From: Candidatus Latescibacterota bacterium
GTDB taxonomy: Bacteria > Latescibacterota > UBA2968 > UBA8231
DNA length: 64,000 nucleotides
Reading direction: 5' to 3'
Assembly: GCA_965261395.1 (NCBI GenBank)
Contig: OZ253462.1
Span: 512,001-576,000, forward strand
The position numbers and the translations under genes were made by a program. The notes under the pieces are model-generated. The model saw only the letters and a program-made list of their open reading frames with translations. It was not told where the DNA came from and did no database searches. How positions within the stretch are numbered: position 1 is the first letter of the stretch; every line of letters begins with the position of its first letter. This document shows, in pieces, positions 19,498-29,874 of this stretch.

Positions 19498-21147
19498 ATG
19501 AAACATCTCCTACTGGCCTGCTTAGTTCTTTCGCTTAGCTGCAAAAGCCCCCCTCAAGAACCTCTCGTGGCGGAAGTTGGCCCGCACCAGATCAATGCAC
19601 ACCTGTTGCGCCTCTACGTGGAGGAGCTACCCGACGGGCTACGGACCCAAAAGACAGGCGAGGAGGCCCTCCGGTACTACCTCCAAGCCCTGATAGATCG
19701 CCGACTTTTGCTGATAGAGGCCCGTTCCCGAGGATTCGATGCCACTAACACCTTTCAAAATTCAGTCCAAGACGCCGTCAATTCTCGGGTCAGGTCAGTA
19801 TATAAAGCACAGGAGATAGCTTCTAAAGTCAAAATATCAAATGAGACAGTCCATCGCTATTTTGAAAAGGAAGGCTACAGCCGAGAGCGCCTGCTCAATG
19901 CCATCAAAGCAGGGAGCCGGGTTGCCATAGACACCGTTCTTCAGGAACTGAGGGCGGGCCGCTCCTTCGCGGAGGTCGCCCGGGCTCGCTCTCTGGACAA
20001 GCGCTCGGCCGAACGGGGTGGCGAGTTGGGCTTTATCGGCCGGGACCAGCTCGAGTCGCTTCACATCCCACCGGAGGTCTACAAGACCCTGCCTCAAGAT
20101 CAGCTGTCAGAGCCCCTGCCCGCGGGTTCTGCTTGGCATATTCTGCGCTTTAGTGAAGACCGGCCGGCCTCTTATGAGAAATATCAAGCGAAGATTGCCA
20201 GTTTACTCTACCAAAAGCGCCTTGCCCAGGTAGAGGCCGAGCACTTGGAGCAACTGCGCGATTCCTTCAACGTGCGCCTGAACCCGTCCGGTCTGCGCAA
20301 GTTGGTCAACGCCTATAAGGCAAAGCAACCCACGCGCATAGAGGGAAATTCAACGGCTCTATATACCTACAAAGGCGGCGAAGTAACCCTAGGTCAGGTC
20401 CAGGAATTTTTGCGTCAGAGGAACATCAGTTTTGGCCTTGCCGACAGCGCCCAAGCTGTGGTCACCCTGAATCGGTATTTTTTGGAGGCCCATCTGATCC
20501 AGGAAGCAGCCCGGGAAAGCGGTTTTTACCAAATGCCCGAGATTCAGAAGTTTGTCGAGCGCACCACGAACGAAAAACTTCTTGAAACCGTGAGAAAGAG
20601 CGTCATAGCCGACCTAGTTGACCTCTCCGAAGAAGACGTGCGCCACTATTACGACACCAATTTGGAGACCTTCCGCCACAGCGAGGCCATATGGGTTGAG
20701 GAAGTGCTGCTCCCCACTCAGACCGACGCCCTGCAGGTCAAAGCCCAAATAAAAGCCGGGGCACCCTTTGATCAATTCGTCGATAAGAGCTTGAGGGCAG
20801 ACGCACAAAAATACAATGGGCGATATCATTTCCACATGCTGGGAAAAGTCCGCTATCCCGTGCTTGTACCCGCTGTTTTCCAAGCCCAACAGGGCCTACT
20901 TGAAGGTCCTTTGCAAGTAGAGGGAGGCTACTCTGTATTCCGCGTTATAGAACGGGAAGAGAGCAGCATCGAACCTTTTGAGACCGCTCAGCGACAGGCC
21001 TGGGCACTGGTCCGTCTAGAGCGGGAGACCCAAGCGCTAAATGCCTTTCTGGTGCAACTGAGGGAGAAATACGCCGACCAGATCAAAATCTACCCCGATC
21101 GCCTCAAGGAAGCAGTGCCCGACTCCCTATTACTGGCCCAAAACTAA
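19498..21147 (+). CDS. PpiC/parvulin-type peptidyl-prolyl isomerase lipoprotein (PrsA/SurA-like)
   Basis: LSC lipobox; FAEVARARSLD..SAERGGELGF; second degenerate parvulin domain. Confidence 0.88.
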   Translation: MKHLLLACLVLSLSCKSPPQEPLVAEVGPHQINAHLLRLYVEELPDGLRTQKTGEEALRYYLQALIDRRLLLIEARSRGFDATNTFQNSVQDAVNSRVRSVYKAQEIASKVKISNETVHRYFEKEGYSRERLLNAIKAGSRVAIDTVLQELRAGRSFAEVARARSLDKRSAERGGELGFIGRDQLESLHIPPEVYKTLPQDQLSEPLPAGSAWHILRFSEDRPASYEKYQAKIASLLYQKRLAQVEAEHLEQLRDSFNVRLNPSGLRKLVNAYKAKQPTRIEGNSTALYTYKGGEVTLGQVQEFLRQRNISFGLADSAQAVVTLNRYFLEAHLIQEAARESGFYQMPEIQKFVERTTNEKLLETVRKSVIADLVDLSEEDVRHYYDTNLETFRHSEAIWVEEVLLPTQTDALQVKAQIKAGAPFDQFVDKSLRADAQKYNGRYHFHMLGKVRYPVLVPAVFQAQQGLLEGPLQVEGGYSVFRVIEREESSIEPFETAQRQAWALVRLERETQALNAFLVQLREKYADQIKIYPDRLKEAVPDSLLLAQN

Positions 21148-21607
21148 AATTTGCGCCGGGAGTGCTGTCCGCCTTGCCGGCAAGACTTCGTAGTCTTTCG
21201 AACGGACCTAATAATTGACCAACCAAGCAAAGGTGCGTTCGACCACCTAGCGGCGCTTCGCCCCTTGACCTTTTTGCTGGCGTCGTATTCAATGGTTTTG
21301 CCCTGCCCGTTTTACCTTGCCTTGCGGTTTTGACGCTCTACTCGTTGACGACCCCATCCGCAGGGATGGGTCGACGGCCCTGCCGGGTTCGATCCTGTTG
21401 CGTTAGAGCGTCCAAAATCCTTTCCCTATGGCCTTGTCGGCCCCAAAATGTGTTTTAAAAACGGTAATAAAAAATAAATATTGTTTACAATACTATATGT
21501 TCCTTAACATAAGTAGTACATTTCTCGGCCCTGACATCGTAGTGCTGAAACACAATGCTGCAGATCTTGCGCGGTTGATGCGTTCGATATGTGCACAGGA
21601 GGCCCCT

Positions 21608-24600
21608 ATGAGACTCCCGAGTCACCCCTCGCCCTGCCCTGCCCTGATTCTCATCTTTTTGCTCGGTCTGAACCTCGTCTCACCCCAGCCTACTGAAGCT
21701 CAGAAGCAGGGATACCGGATCGTCGGCAACCAAATCATTGTCAACTCCCCAGCCCATTGGGAGCGTTGGAGCATGCCCGGGCATGCCGTGAACATACTCT
21801 CCTCCGGCGGCGTCCACCCCCACTTCTCCCGCTCCCGATTCAATGTCCTAGACGACCTGGAAACCTATACTCGCCGCTTGTTAGATTTTAGGCGCAAGAA
21901 GAATCAGACCGCCGTCTTAAATATCGACAGCACCGAAACGCTGGATGTCTTCGGCAATATCATACGCGACCGCAAGGACAACCCCCTCTACACCTACCTA
22001 TCCCGCATAGGGATCAGCCGCGTCGGATCCAATCCTAGGGCGGCGGCCAACATTCTGGACGGCGATCCCAGCACTTTCTGGGAACCCGACTTCAACGACC
22101 CCATAGAGGACTGGTGGGTCGAGGTGGACCTCGGCCGGAGCCTGCCCGTCGACGAGTTGGTCTTAAATTTTGTCGATGAGTCGTTGGGCGACCCCTTCCG
22201 CCAGTTCAGAATATTGAGCGCTCCTTTCCAAAAGGTTATCAACCAAGAGGTGAACGAAATCCCCTTTCGCCGCGAAGGTGGGACCAAAGGCTCCAATCAG
22301 GACCAGCGGGTGTTCTCTTTCCCGTTGGACCAATTCCAGGCCGATCCCAACTGGATTGGGGAAACCATCCAGATAATCCGCATTGTAGTAACCGATTCCA
22401 AATTCGGCCGGGGCAAATTGATTTCAGAAGAGGAATGGTCTGCTCTGAACTCGGCGGATCGAGGAGATGTGGTCTATTTTATTAAGAACCGGCAGGGATT
22501 CGAAGAACCAGTTGAAAAATCTGTCTACGACGGTCTGTCGCCCGAACGCCAAGGCAAGATAGAGCACTACATCCGCGAACGGCCCCGGCTGGCCGACATC
22601 CAAGTCTGGGGATTTGGGGACAATCTCAGCCCGGGGCTCGTAGCAGGGGGCGGCTCAGCCGCCTTCCTGGGGGCCAACGATTCCTTTTCTCCGGCAACGG
22701 CATTTGACGGGGATGGAGGCTCCAATTTTATCCACCTAGTCTGGTCTCCAACGGTGGACCGGGGGGTTCTGTTCGTGGATATGGGGGCTACTTTCTGGTT
22801 GGACACCTTCCGCATGTCCTCCTCCCTGCCTCGACTTTTGATCGATGGCTATATTCTTCGCGGCTCGGACGGATCGCGTGATTCTAGCGGCCGGATCAAA
22901 TGGCGACGCATAAGTGCCCCGGCCCGAGAACACAACATGACAGATCGGTTCGAGCACCTGATGGACGTGTACCAGCCCCCTCCCAAAGTGCGATTTCTAG
23001 AAGTAATCATCGTCTCCGATGATCCCCGCCGCCGGGGCGGTTATACCGCCGGTCCGAATGTTTCCGAATACCAACTCTTCTCAAGTGGCTATCCGGCTGC
23101 CGTAGAGTTGGTCTCAGATCTGATCGAACTGCCGGGGACGCGGAATTTTGGCGGTATCACTTGGGAAGCAGAGACTCCGCCAGAGGCCACGCTGGAGGTG
23201 CGCACCCGCACTGGCGATCTGCTGGCCAAGGAAATCCGCTATTTCGACAAAGGTGGTACGGAAATTACCGCCGCCGCTTGGGGTAATCTCATCGGCAGTT
23301 TCAAAGGTCCGGCGGATACCACCCTTATCCCGACGAGAGGTTGGAGCCCTTGGAGCCGGGCCTACCAGAACCCGGGAGACCCGGTGACCTCCCCTGGGCT
23401 GCGAAAGTTCATGCAGATCCAAGTCAAAATGATCACGACCGACCGCAATGTTGCCGCCGCCATACAATCCATTGGCATTGAGATGGCCACCCCTGTGGCC
23501 GAACTCATTCTGGCCGAAGTGTGGCCCGTCGATATTCCTACTCCGGGCATCGTCGATACCTTTGAAGTATTTATCCAACCCAATTTTATCGAAAGTCCCT
23601 CTAGATCGCGCAGTACTGGGTTCGATGAAATCCTGCTGACCATGCCCGCTTCCCAAAGCATGGAACTCCTCGAAGTGGGCCTAGACACCGATCCCCAGAC
23701 CGATGGGGAAGATCAAGTTTTCCTTCCCATTGAAGAGGGAAGTTTCGTCGACGAAAACGGTGGGTTGCTCCGGTTCTTGGGTCCTACCACTGGCTCCGAT
23801 TCCATCTGGGTGCAACTACCCACCCCACTCCATAGCCTCTCCGATTTGCCCAAAATCTATAACAAAATCACCACAGAAGGGGATCAAGTCCCGGTAACAG
23901 GGGACGGCTTGCTGCTTTCGGGGGATTCTTACGGGCTGCTCGAAGACGAGGAAAAGGGAGATATTCTCTATTTCGATGCAGAGGGCAACTCCATCGATCA
24001 GGCCTCCTACCTTGCCCTCGAAGAGGAGGAGCAAGGCTCCGTGCGCTTCTTTAGGCTGCTGAACGGGGCGGGGGCTCAGTTCCCCTTCGACGAGGTGGGC
24101 GATTCCCTCGATGTTGCCGCCTACAACCGCCTCTCCAGCAGGATAAAAGGCAACATAGTCGGCCGAGGTCCGCTGGTACGGCTGCGCTATAGGGCACCGG
24201 TCTTTCTCAATGGCACTACTCTGCGCCTAGCTGTACGCAATACCAGCAGTGGCGCTGATGCTCCATGGCAGAGCATCGCTGCCGGCGATGCGACCCCTTT
24301 GGTGGGGAGCAATTCCCTTTCTATCAATGTGCCGTTAGAGAGTAAGCCCATCGATAAATTTAGTCTAGACCCCAATCCCTTCACCCCTAATGGGGATGGC
24401 ATCAACGACGAGGTGGTGATTCGCTTCTCCATCTTCAAAGTAACTGCCAGCCGCCAAGTGAAGGTGAAGATTTTCACTTTGGCTGGCCGCTCGGTATGGG
24501 AGACGACGCAGATGCTCGACAGCGGCCACGTTTCAATTCGCTGGTCTGGCGAAGACCGCAACGGCCAAAAAGTGGCACCCGGGCTCTACCTCTGCCAGCT

Positions 24601-24667
24601 AGAACTGGATGTAGACAACCAAGCAGACGGGTCCACCCAAACCCGTCTGCTTTCCGTCGCCTACTAG
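21608..24667 (+). CDS. Large secreted protein with discoidin-like modules and FTPNGDG (FlgD/T9SS type-B-like) C-terminal domain
   Basis: AGGAGG RBS; signal peptide; ILDGDPSTFW..VDLG; PNPFTPNGDGINDE...W.G...PGLY...SVAY. Confidence 0.85.
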   Translation: MRLPSHPSPCPALILIFLLGLNLVSPQPTEAQKQGYRIVGNQIIVNSPAHWERWSMPGHAVNILSSGGVHPHFSRSRFNVLDDLETYTRRLLDFRRKKNQTAVLNIDSTETLDVFGNIIRDRKDNPLYTYLSRIGISRVGSNPRAAANILDGDPSTFWEPDFNDPIEDWWVEVDLGRSLPVDELVLNFVDESLGDPFRQFRILSAPFQKVINQEVNEIPFRREGGTKGSNQDQRVFSFPLDQFQADPNWIGETIQIIRIVVTDSKFGRGKLISEEEWSALNSADRGDVVYFIKNRQGFEEPVEKSVYDGLSPERQGKIEHYIRERPRLADIQVWGFGDNLSPGLVAGGGSAAFLGANDSFSPATAFDGDGGSNFIHLVWSPTVDRGVLFVDMGATFWLDTFRMSSSLPRLLIDGYILRGSDGSRDSSGRIKWRRISAPAREHNMTDRFEHLMDVYQPPPKVRFLEVIIVSDDPRRRGGYTAGPNVSEYQLFSSGYPAAVELVSDLIELPGTRNFGGITWEAETPPEATLEVRTRTGDLLAKEIRYFDKGGTEITAAAWGNLIGSFKGPADTTLIPTRGWSPWSRAYQNPGDPVTSPGLRKFMQIQVKMITTDRNVAAAIQSIGIEMATPVAELILAEVWPVDIPTPGIVDTFEVFIQPNFIESPSRSRSTGFDEILLTMPASQSMELLEVGLDTDPQTDGEDQVFLPIEEGSFVDENGGLLRFLGPTTGSDSIWVQLPTPLHSLSDLPKIYNKITTEGDQVPVTGDGLLLSGDSYGLLEDEEKGDILYFDAEGNSIDQASYLALEEEEQGSVRFFRLLNGAGAQFPFDEVGDSLDVAAYNRLSSRIKGNIVGRGPLVRLRYRAPVFLNGTTLRLAVRNTSSGADAPWQSIAAGDATPLVGSNSLSINVPLESKPIDKFSLDPNPFTPNGDGINDEVVIRFSIFKVTASRQVKVKIFTLAGRSVWETTQMLDSGHVSIRWSGEDRNGQKVAPGLYLCQLELDVDNQADGSTQTRLLSVAY

Positions 24668-24817
24668 TGGGGACGACTCAAGGCTCATAGTCCGCTACCG
24701 ATGTGTTGGAAAGAGCTTGACAATCTGTCCAACTTAGTATATCTCTACGCGCTAATAATTCGAGTATAGGATCAGAGTACGATCCCGCTGAAGTTAAAGA
24801 CAAGACAAAGGAGGCAT

Positions 24818-27505
24818 TTGGTGATTACAGGGAGATCAGCTTTTTGCCTCGTTTGGGGCGTAATCTGTCTGAGTTTGAGCCCATTTCCCGCCCTAGCTCA
24901 AGAGTACGGAGGCCGTCTCGGCACGGTCCAGAGAGGGGGAGAAGTATCCTTCCATCCCAAGGGCCCAGGGGTGCTCTTCGGTGCCTTGGATCCGGCCCAG
25001 AAGAAATGGTATGTTCCCCAGGAACTCTTCAATGAGTACCGGTGGCGCCAGTGGGAGTACTCCAACTATGCCCGGGAATATTTTCAGAGGTATGTCGATA
25101 TCGTCCAAGAAGGCGATTCTTTCTACGACCTCTACGGCAACTATATCACCCGGGGTTGGGTTATCTTCAATAATTCCCAAACCCAGCCGCAACAGTTTGG
25201 CTCTTCCATCCTCAAAGCCAACAGGTTTAGGAATTGGTTCAACGGCGTCCTCATCTCGGCCGATGCCAAGGGCCAAAACTACTATGCCCTGACCATGGGT
25301 GCCGCCCTCCGCACCACCCTCACCCCCATGACCTTTTCCAAACCTCGCTGGGACGGAATCCAATTCGACTACGCCGCCGACAAGTACCAGGGGACTATAA
25401 TCTACTCTCGCATCAGCCAGCCCGGCGGCACTTCTACCAACGATATTGAGACTCTGGCGACCAATACCACATCCCTCATTGGCGGGCGCTTTACCACCCA
25501 CGTCGGCGATTTTGCTACCGTTGGTCTCACCAGCGTCAATAGTCACCAGGCCAATACCATCATCGATGGATTCGCTGGCAATCCCATCACCGGCGAACTG
25601 ACTCTGGACCAGAACAACACCATTTCTGCCATTGAAATTGTCCTGCGCGATGACTCGCCTGAAGACGGTGTGGGAGGTGCCGCCTTCTTCCCGGCCGGTT
25701 CCGATATTATCATCACCTACCTAGACGGTACAGTGGACCGGGGCAAACAAATTCGCTTTGAGCCCGTTATCGAAGGAGGTTTTGTCCGCGAAGGCTTCCT
25801 CTCAGCCGATGGCACCGAGGAAATCCGCCTGCGTTACGACTTTGACAGCCCGGCCTTTATCAGCCGCGCCAGTGCCTCCAAGGAAGATATCAAAAAGGTG
25901 AAATTCCGTCTGGTTCTGGGCAACGATTACCAGGTGTGGGTGACCTCGGATCGGCAATTGAACCAATCGGACGTTTCGGTTTTGATTCTGCAGGCCCAGG
26001 CCGAGGGCAATGTCCAAGACAATACCAACCTGCAGGTAGTCAGCTTCGAGTATGGCCTGCCCACGGCTACCCAGATCTGGGGCGGCACCCTGGAGTTGAA
26101 TAAGGTTTTGGGCTTCGATTTCTACGGCGAATACGATCTGAGCTATTCCTATACTAAGTACCCCAATGTCAGCATCGACGCCACTGAGAAAGACCACTCC
26201 ACTTGGTCGGGCATCCAAGGAGATCGAGCGGCTCCGGCCTGGATAATCAACCTGTCGCGCGCCGCTTACCCTTGGTTCGTCTTTGCCGAAGCCTACAGCA
26301 TGGACCCGCGCTACAACACGCGGACCTTCACCACCCTCAGTTCCGGCTTTATCGATTATGAGGACAAACGCGCCCATGTACTAGAATTGGTGGAGGACAA
26401 CGACGATCAGGACCAATTCCCCGATACGGTCCGCAAGGACTGGAGATCGGGCGACCAGCAGGTCTATCCGGGTTGGGATGAGAACGGCGACTTTATATCT
26501 GACTTCAACCAAAACGACAACCGCTCGTTGACCAACTCCATTCCCGACTACGATGAGCCTTTTCTGCGCCACAATGTGGATCGTCCCGAGTTTCTCTTTG
26601 GGGTCGATATGAACAACAACGGCTGGATCGATCGCTTTGAAAACGACGAACTGCCCGATTATCCCTACAAGAAGGATCACCGAGGCTACAACATCTATCT
26701 TGGCCTCCATCTGAGCCCAGAGATTCGCGTCACCCTTGGAGCCCTGCGCGAGGCTCTGATTTCCTCAAACCAAAAGAACCAGTCCAGGTACGCTCTCTTC
26801 ACCTTGGACCGCGATACGGCCACATGGGGCCATTGGCGTCTTTTCAATATGCTCAAATCGGTGGAAGACGATATTCCCGACGATTTACTGCAGTGGCTGC
26901 CCAACGCCAATATTCGCACCGGCGAATCCACCAAAATTGAAGATCCTCTCATTGGGCGCGACACCTGGATCAATTCCCTTTGGCTAGGCAATGACTACAA
27001 ACTCAGCGGATTTAAGGTCAGCAACTACCTGAAGTACGATTTCTACCATCAGCGGCTTAGCCAAAATGAGCGTGCTCCTCTGGGTTTACGCGAACGAGAT
27101 TTCTTCTTTGGCTTTATCAACAAAGCCAGTTACCGCTTCGACTTGGGTAGGCTGTGGATCGAACCGCGCTGGAAAAGCGAATTCCGCTACCAGAGCATCG
27201 ATCTAACCTCTACCGATAAACGCCGAGAGCTCACTGAGTTGGGCGGCCTTATTTTGGGATTTCCCCTACTAGCCCATACTGGTGTCCAGGCCGGTCTGGA
27301 GTTTTCCCGCTTCGACGATTTCGAAAACGACATCAACGACTTCAATGGCGTGGTGAGTGCGGTGCAATTTAGCAATGATTCGGCCTACCTAGGCTACCAG
27401 TTGACTACCCAGATGGGCTTGCAGATAGATCGACGCAAAGCCAAAGGGAAGAGCGCGAGCATCATCACCCAAAGTTTCCTCACGGTCTATGCCGGTATAC
27501 AGTAA
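24818..27505 (+). CDS. Exported hypothetical protein, probable outer-membrane beta-barrel with Dx[DN]xDG-like Ca-binding loops
   Basis: Signal peptide (ALA-Q); aromatic-rich amphipathic strands; DENGDFISD, DMNNNGWID; C-terminal FLTVYAGIQ. Confidence 0.6.
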   Translation: MVITGRSAFCLVWGVICLSLSPFPALAQEYGGRLGTVQRGGEVSFHPKGPGVLFGALDPAQKKWYVPQELFNEYRWRQWEYSNYAREYFQRYVDIVQEGDSFYDLYGNYITRGWVIFNNSQTQPQQFGSSILKANRFRNWFNGVLISADAKGQNYYALTMGAALRTTLTPMTFSKPRWDGIQFDYAADKYQGTIIYSRISQPGGTSTNDIETLATNTTSLIGGRFTTHVGDFATVGLTSVNSHQANTIIDGFAGNPITGELTLDQNNTISAIEIVLRDDSPEDGVGGAAFFPAGSDIIITYLDGTVDRGKQIRFEPVIEGGFVREGFLSADGTEEIRLRYDFDSPAFISRASASKEDIKKVKFRLVLGNDYQVWVTSDRQLNQSDVSVLILQAQAEGNVQDNTNLQVVSFEYGLPTATQIWGGTLELNKVLGFDFYGEYDLSYSYTKYPNVSIDATEKDHSTWSGIQGDRAAPAWIINLSRAAYPWFVFAEAYSMDPRYNTRTFTTLSSGFIDYEDKRAHVLELVEDNDDQDQFPDTVRKDWRSGDQQVYPGWDENGDFISDFNQNDNRSLTNSIPDYDEPFLRHNVDRPEFLFGVDMNNNGWIDRFENDELPDYPYKKDHRGYNIYLGLHLSPEIRVTLGALREALISSNQKNQSRYALFTLDRDTATWGHWRLFNMLKSVEDDIPDDLLQWLPNANIRTGESTKIEDPLIGRDTWINSLWLGNDYKLSGFKVSNYLKYDFYHQRLSQNERAPLGLRERDFFFGFINKASYRFDLGRLWIEPRWKSEFRYQSIDLTSTDKRRELTELGGLILGFPLLAHTGVQAGLEFSRFDDFENDINDFNGVVSAVQFSNDSAYLGYQLTTQMGLQIDRRKAKGKSASIITQSFLTVYAGIQ

Positions 27506-27517
27506 TTGCACCCCGGC

Positions 27518-29797
27518 ATGACCGCACCTTTTGCCCCAGGCGGCTGGCATCGCCTGGGGCCTGCTCTTTTGTTGGGCCTGTTGGCGCTAATCCTCCGCCT
27601 TGTCTACTTAGAGCAAATTCGGGAGAGCTTATTCTTTAATATCCCGATCATAGATGCCAAGACCTACGTGGAGGATGGACTTTACCTAAGCAGTCAGTCC
27701 TGGACCGGCCGACCGACGCCCTTCTGGCAGCCGCCGCTGTACCCCTACGCCCTGAGCCTCTTCTTCTGGTTCTTCGGTCAAGACCTCTACTTGCCGCGCC
27801 TATTCCAAGCTCTACTCGGAGCGGGTATATGCGTCTTTATCTACATTCTCGGTCTCCGCGTTTTCTCCTTCCCCGTGGCTTTTGGGGCCGGATTGGCCGC
27901 TGCTTTTTACGGTCCGCTGATCTACTTTGGCGGCGAGTTGCTGCCCACTATTCTGGCCATTTTCCTCAATCTGCTGTTGCTGTTACATCTGAGCCGCCAG
28001 CCCAGCCCCGCTCGCTGGCCCTATCTGGTCTCCGGACTCTTGCTAGGTATATGTGCCTTGGCCGTAGCCAATATTCTTTTGTTCCTTCCCTTCCTGCTTT
28101 TCTGGCTGTGGTCCACTAGTAAAAGAGCACATATTGTCCCCCCTCGCATCCTGCAACAGGGCGTCCTCCTGCTTTTGGGATGTGGCCTTATTATCGCTCC
28201 CGTTGCGCTGCGTAACTATCTAGTTGGCGGCGACCTAGTGCTGATTTCCCATAATGCCGGCATCAATTTCTATATCGGCAATAACCCCGACTACGATCAC
28301 ACGGTCAATATCCGCCCAGGGCAAGACTGGATTGACCTAATTGAAAGCCCCGAAAGAGAAGCAGGTATTGAACGTCCTTCGTCAAAGTCCCGCTTTTTCT
28401 TTGCACGCTCATGGGAGTATATCACTAGTGCTCCCCTAGATTACCTGAAACTTATGGGGCGCAAACTCTATCTTTTTTGGCACGGTGACGAAATCCGGCG
28501 GAACCTCGATCCCTATTTCGCCCGCCGCGATTCGACCTTGCTCCAGGTCTTACTGTGGAAGTTCGGGCTGGCCTTTCCCTTTGGGCTAGTGGGACCTTTC
28601 GCCCTGCTCGGGCTGGCGTTCTTCTGGTGCAGCAAAGAAGGCCGTTCCCCCCAGGGGCGTCTGCTGTTGTTTTTTATTTTCGCCTACATGCTCTCGGTGA
28701 TTCTCTTCTTCGTGACTGCTCGCTATCGTCTACCTGCCGTGCCTATTCTGTTGCTCTTTGCCGCTTTTGGCCTGTACAGACTCTGGCACACATCTCATCT
28801 CCCTTGGGTCCTAGTGGGGGTAGTCGGGGTCATAGCGATGACCAACTTGGGGGCTGGTCGAATGGATATGGCAGGGGACACTCAGCAGCGCTTCTGGATG
28901 GGCTACGCCTACGAGAAAAAGGGCATGGTCGCCAACGCCATGCGGGAATACCACGCCGTGATTGAGGACCGTCCCGATCACCAGAATGCCCTGTTGAGCT
29001 TGGCCAATCTCTACAACGCAAAAGCACAACACGCCGACGCCATAGAACTCTACCATCAATATTTGCGCTTTTATCCTCAGACCGTTCCTACTCGTTTCCT
29101 GCTGGGCAATACCTATCTGGGCACCCAGTTGTATCAGGAGGCCATCGCCGTCTACTCCGATCTAGTTCCGCTGCAACCCCAATGGGCCGCCCTCCACGGC
29201 CGCTTGGGCTACGCCTATCTAATGGCTGGTCAGCCCCAGCGCGCCGTCCAAGCCTATCGCCGAACCCTTGACCTCCGGCCTGATTCGAGTCTAGTGCGCT
29301 ACCAGTTGGCCCGGCTCTACCAAGAGACCGGCGAGACAGATGCAGCCGAAAAAGAGTGTCGCATCCTGCTGGACCAAGAACCGGAAAATCCCCAGTACCA
29401 CACCCTTCTGGCCAATCTTTTGATCAAACGCGAAGGAGTTGAAAAAGGGACAAACCCGCTAAGTCGGTCTCCTCAATTGCTTGGAGCAGAAGACCTTCTG
29501 CTCCAAGCCGTCAGCTTGGATGCCAATTCCGTCCAGACCCGTTGGAGCTTGGGTCTACTCCTGGCTAGGCAGAAGCGCTATAGCGAAGCAATCGAGCACT
29601 TCGAGAAGATCCTGCTATTAAGTCCTACAGACTTTGAGGTACACAGGCACCTAGGCAATCTCTACAAGCGCGCCGGAGACCTCAAAAAGGCCGACGAACA
29701 CTACGGTCTTTATAGTCTTGCCGAACAACAACAAAAAATGCAGCAACAAGCCGAAACCTCGATAAAAGAACAATTGACAAGAATCATAGGGAAATGA
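27518..29797 (+). CDS. GT-C (ArnT/PMT-like) glycosyltransferase with C-terminal TPRs
   Basis: IDAKTY, QPPLYPY, NFYIGNNP, RYRLPAVP; multi-TM followed by TPRs. Confidence 0.82.
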   Translation: MTAPFAPGGWHRLGPALLLGLLALILRLVYLEQIRESLFFNIPIIDAKTYVEDGLYLSSQSWTGRPTPFWQPPLYPYALSLFFWFFGQDLYLPRLFQALLGAGICVFIYILGLRVFSFPVAFGAGLAAAFYGPLIYFGGELLPTILAIFLNLLLLLHLSRQPSPARWPYLVSGLLLGICALAVANILLFLPFLLFWLWSTSKRAHIVPPRILQQGVLLLLGCGLIIAPVALRNYLVGGDLVLISHNAGINFYIGNNPDYDHTVNIRPGQDWIDLIESPEREAGIERPSSKSRFFFARSWEYITSAPLDYLKLMGRKLYLFWHGDEIRRNLDPYFARRDSTLLQVLLWKFGLAFPFGLVGPFALLGLAFFWCSKEGRSPQGRLLLFFIFAYMLSVILFFVTARYRLPAVPILLLFAAFGLYRLWHTSHLPWVLVGVVGVIAMTNLGAGRMDMAGDTQQRFWMGYAYEKKGMVANAMREYHAVIEDRPDHQNALLSLANLYNAKAQHADAIELYHQYLRFYPQTVPTRFLLGNTYLGTQLYQEAIAVYSDLVPLQPQWAALHGRLGYAYLMAGQPQRAVQAYRRTLDLRPDSSLVRYQLARLYQETGETDAAEKECRILLDQEPENPQYHTLLANLLIKREGVEKGTNPLSRSPQLLGAEDLLLQAVSLDANSVQTRWSLGLLLARQKRYSEAIEHFEKILLLSPTDFEVHRHLGNLYKRAGDLKKADEHYGLYSLAEQQQKMQQQAETSIKEQLTRIIGK

Positions 29798-29801
29798 CCC
29801 A

Positions 29802-29830
29802 TTGACATTCAAAACTATTTCGCGCATAGT
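29802..29830 (+). promoter_or_regulatory. Putative sigma-70 promoter
   Basis: TTGACA-N17-CATAGT upstream of the 29875 start. Confidence 0.45.
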
Positions 29831-29874
29831 TCAGCACTAGGCCACTCAGTTCCAAATGTCGTTGAGGAGATGCC

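Noticed and set aside
21383-21397. GGTTCGATCC resembling a tRNA T-loop
   Set aside because: No acceptor, D or anticodon arms could be built around it.
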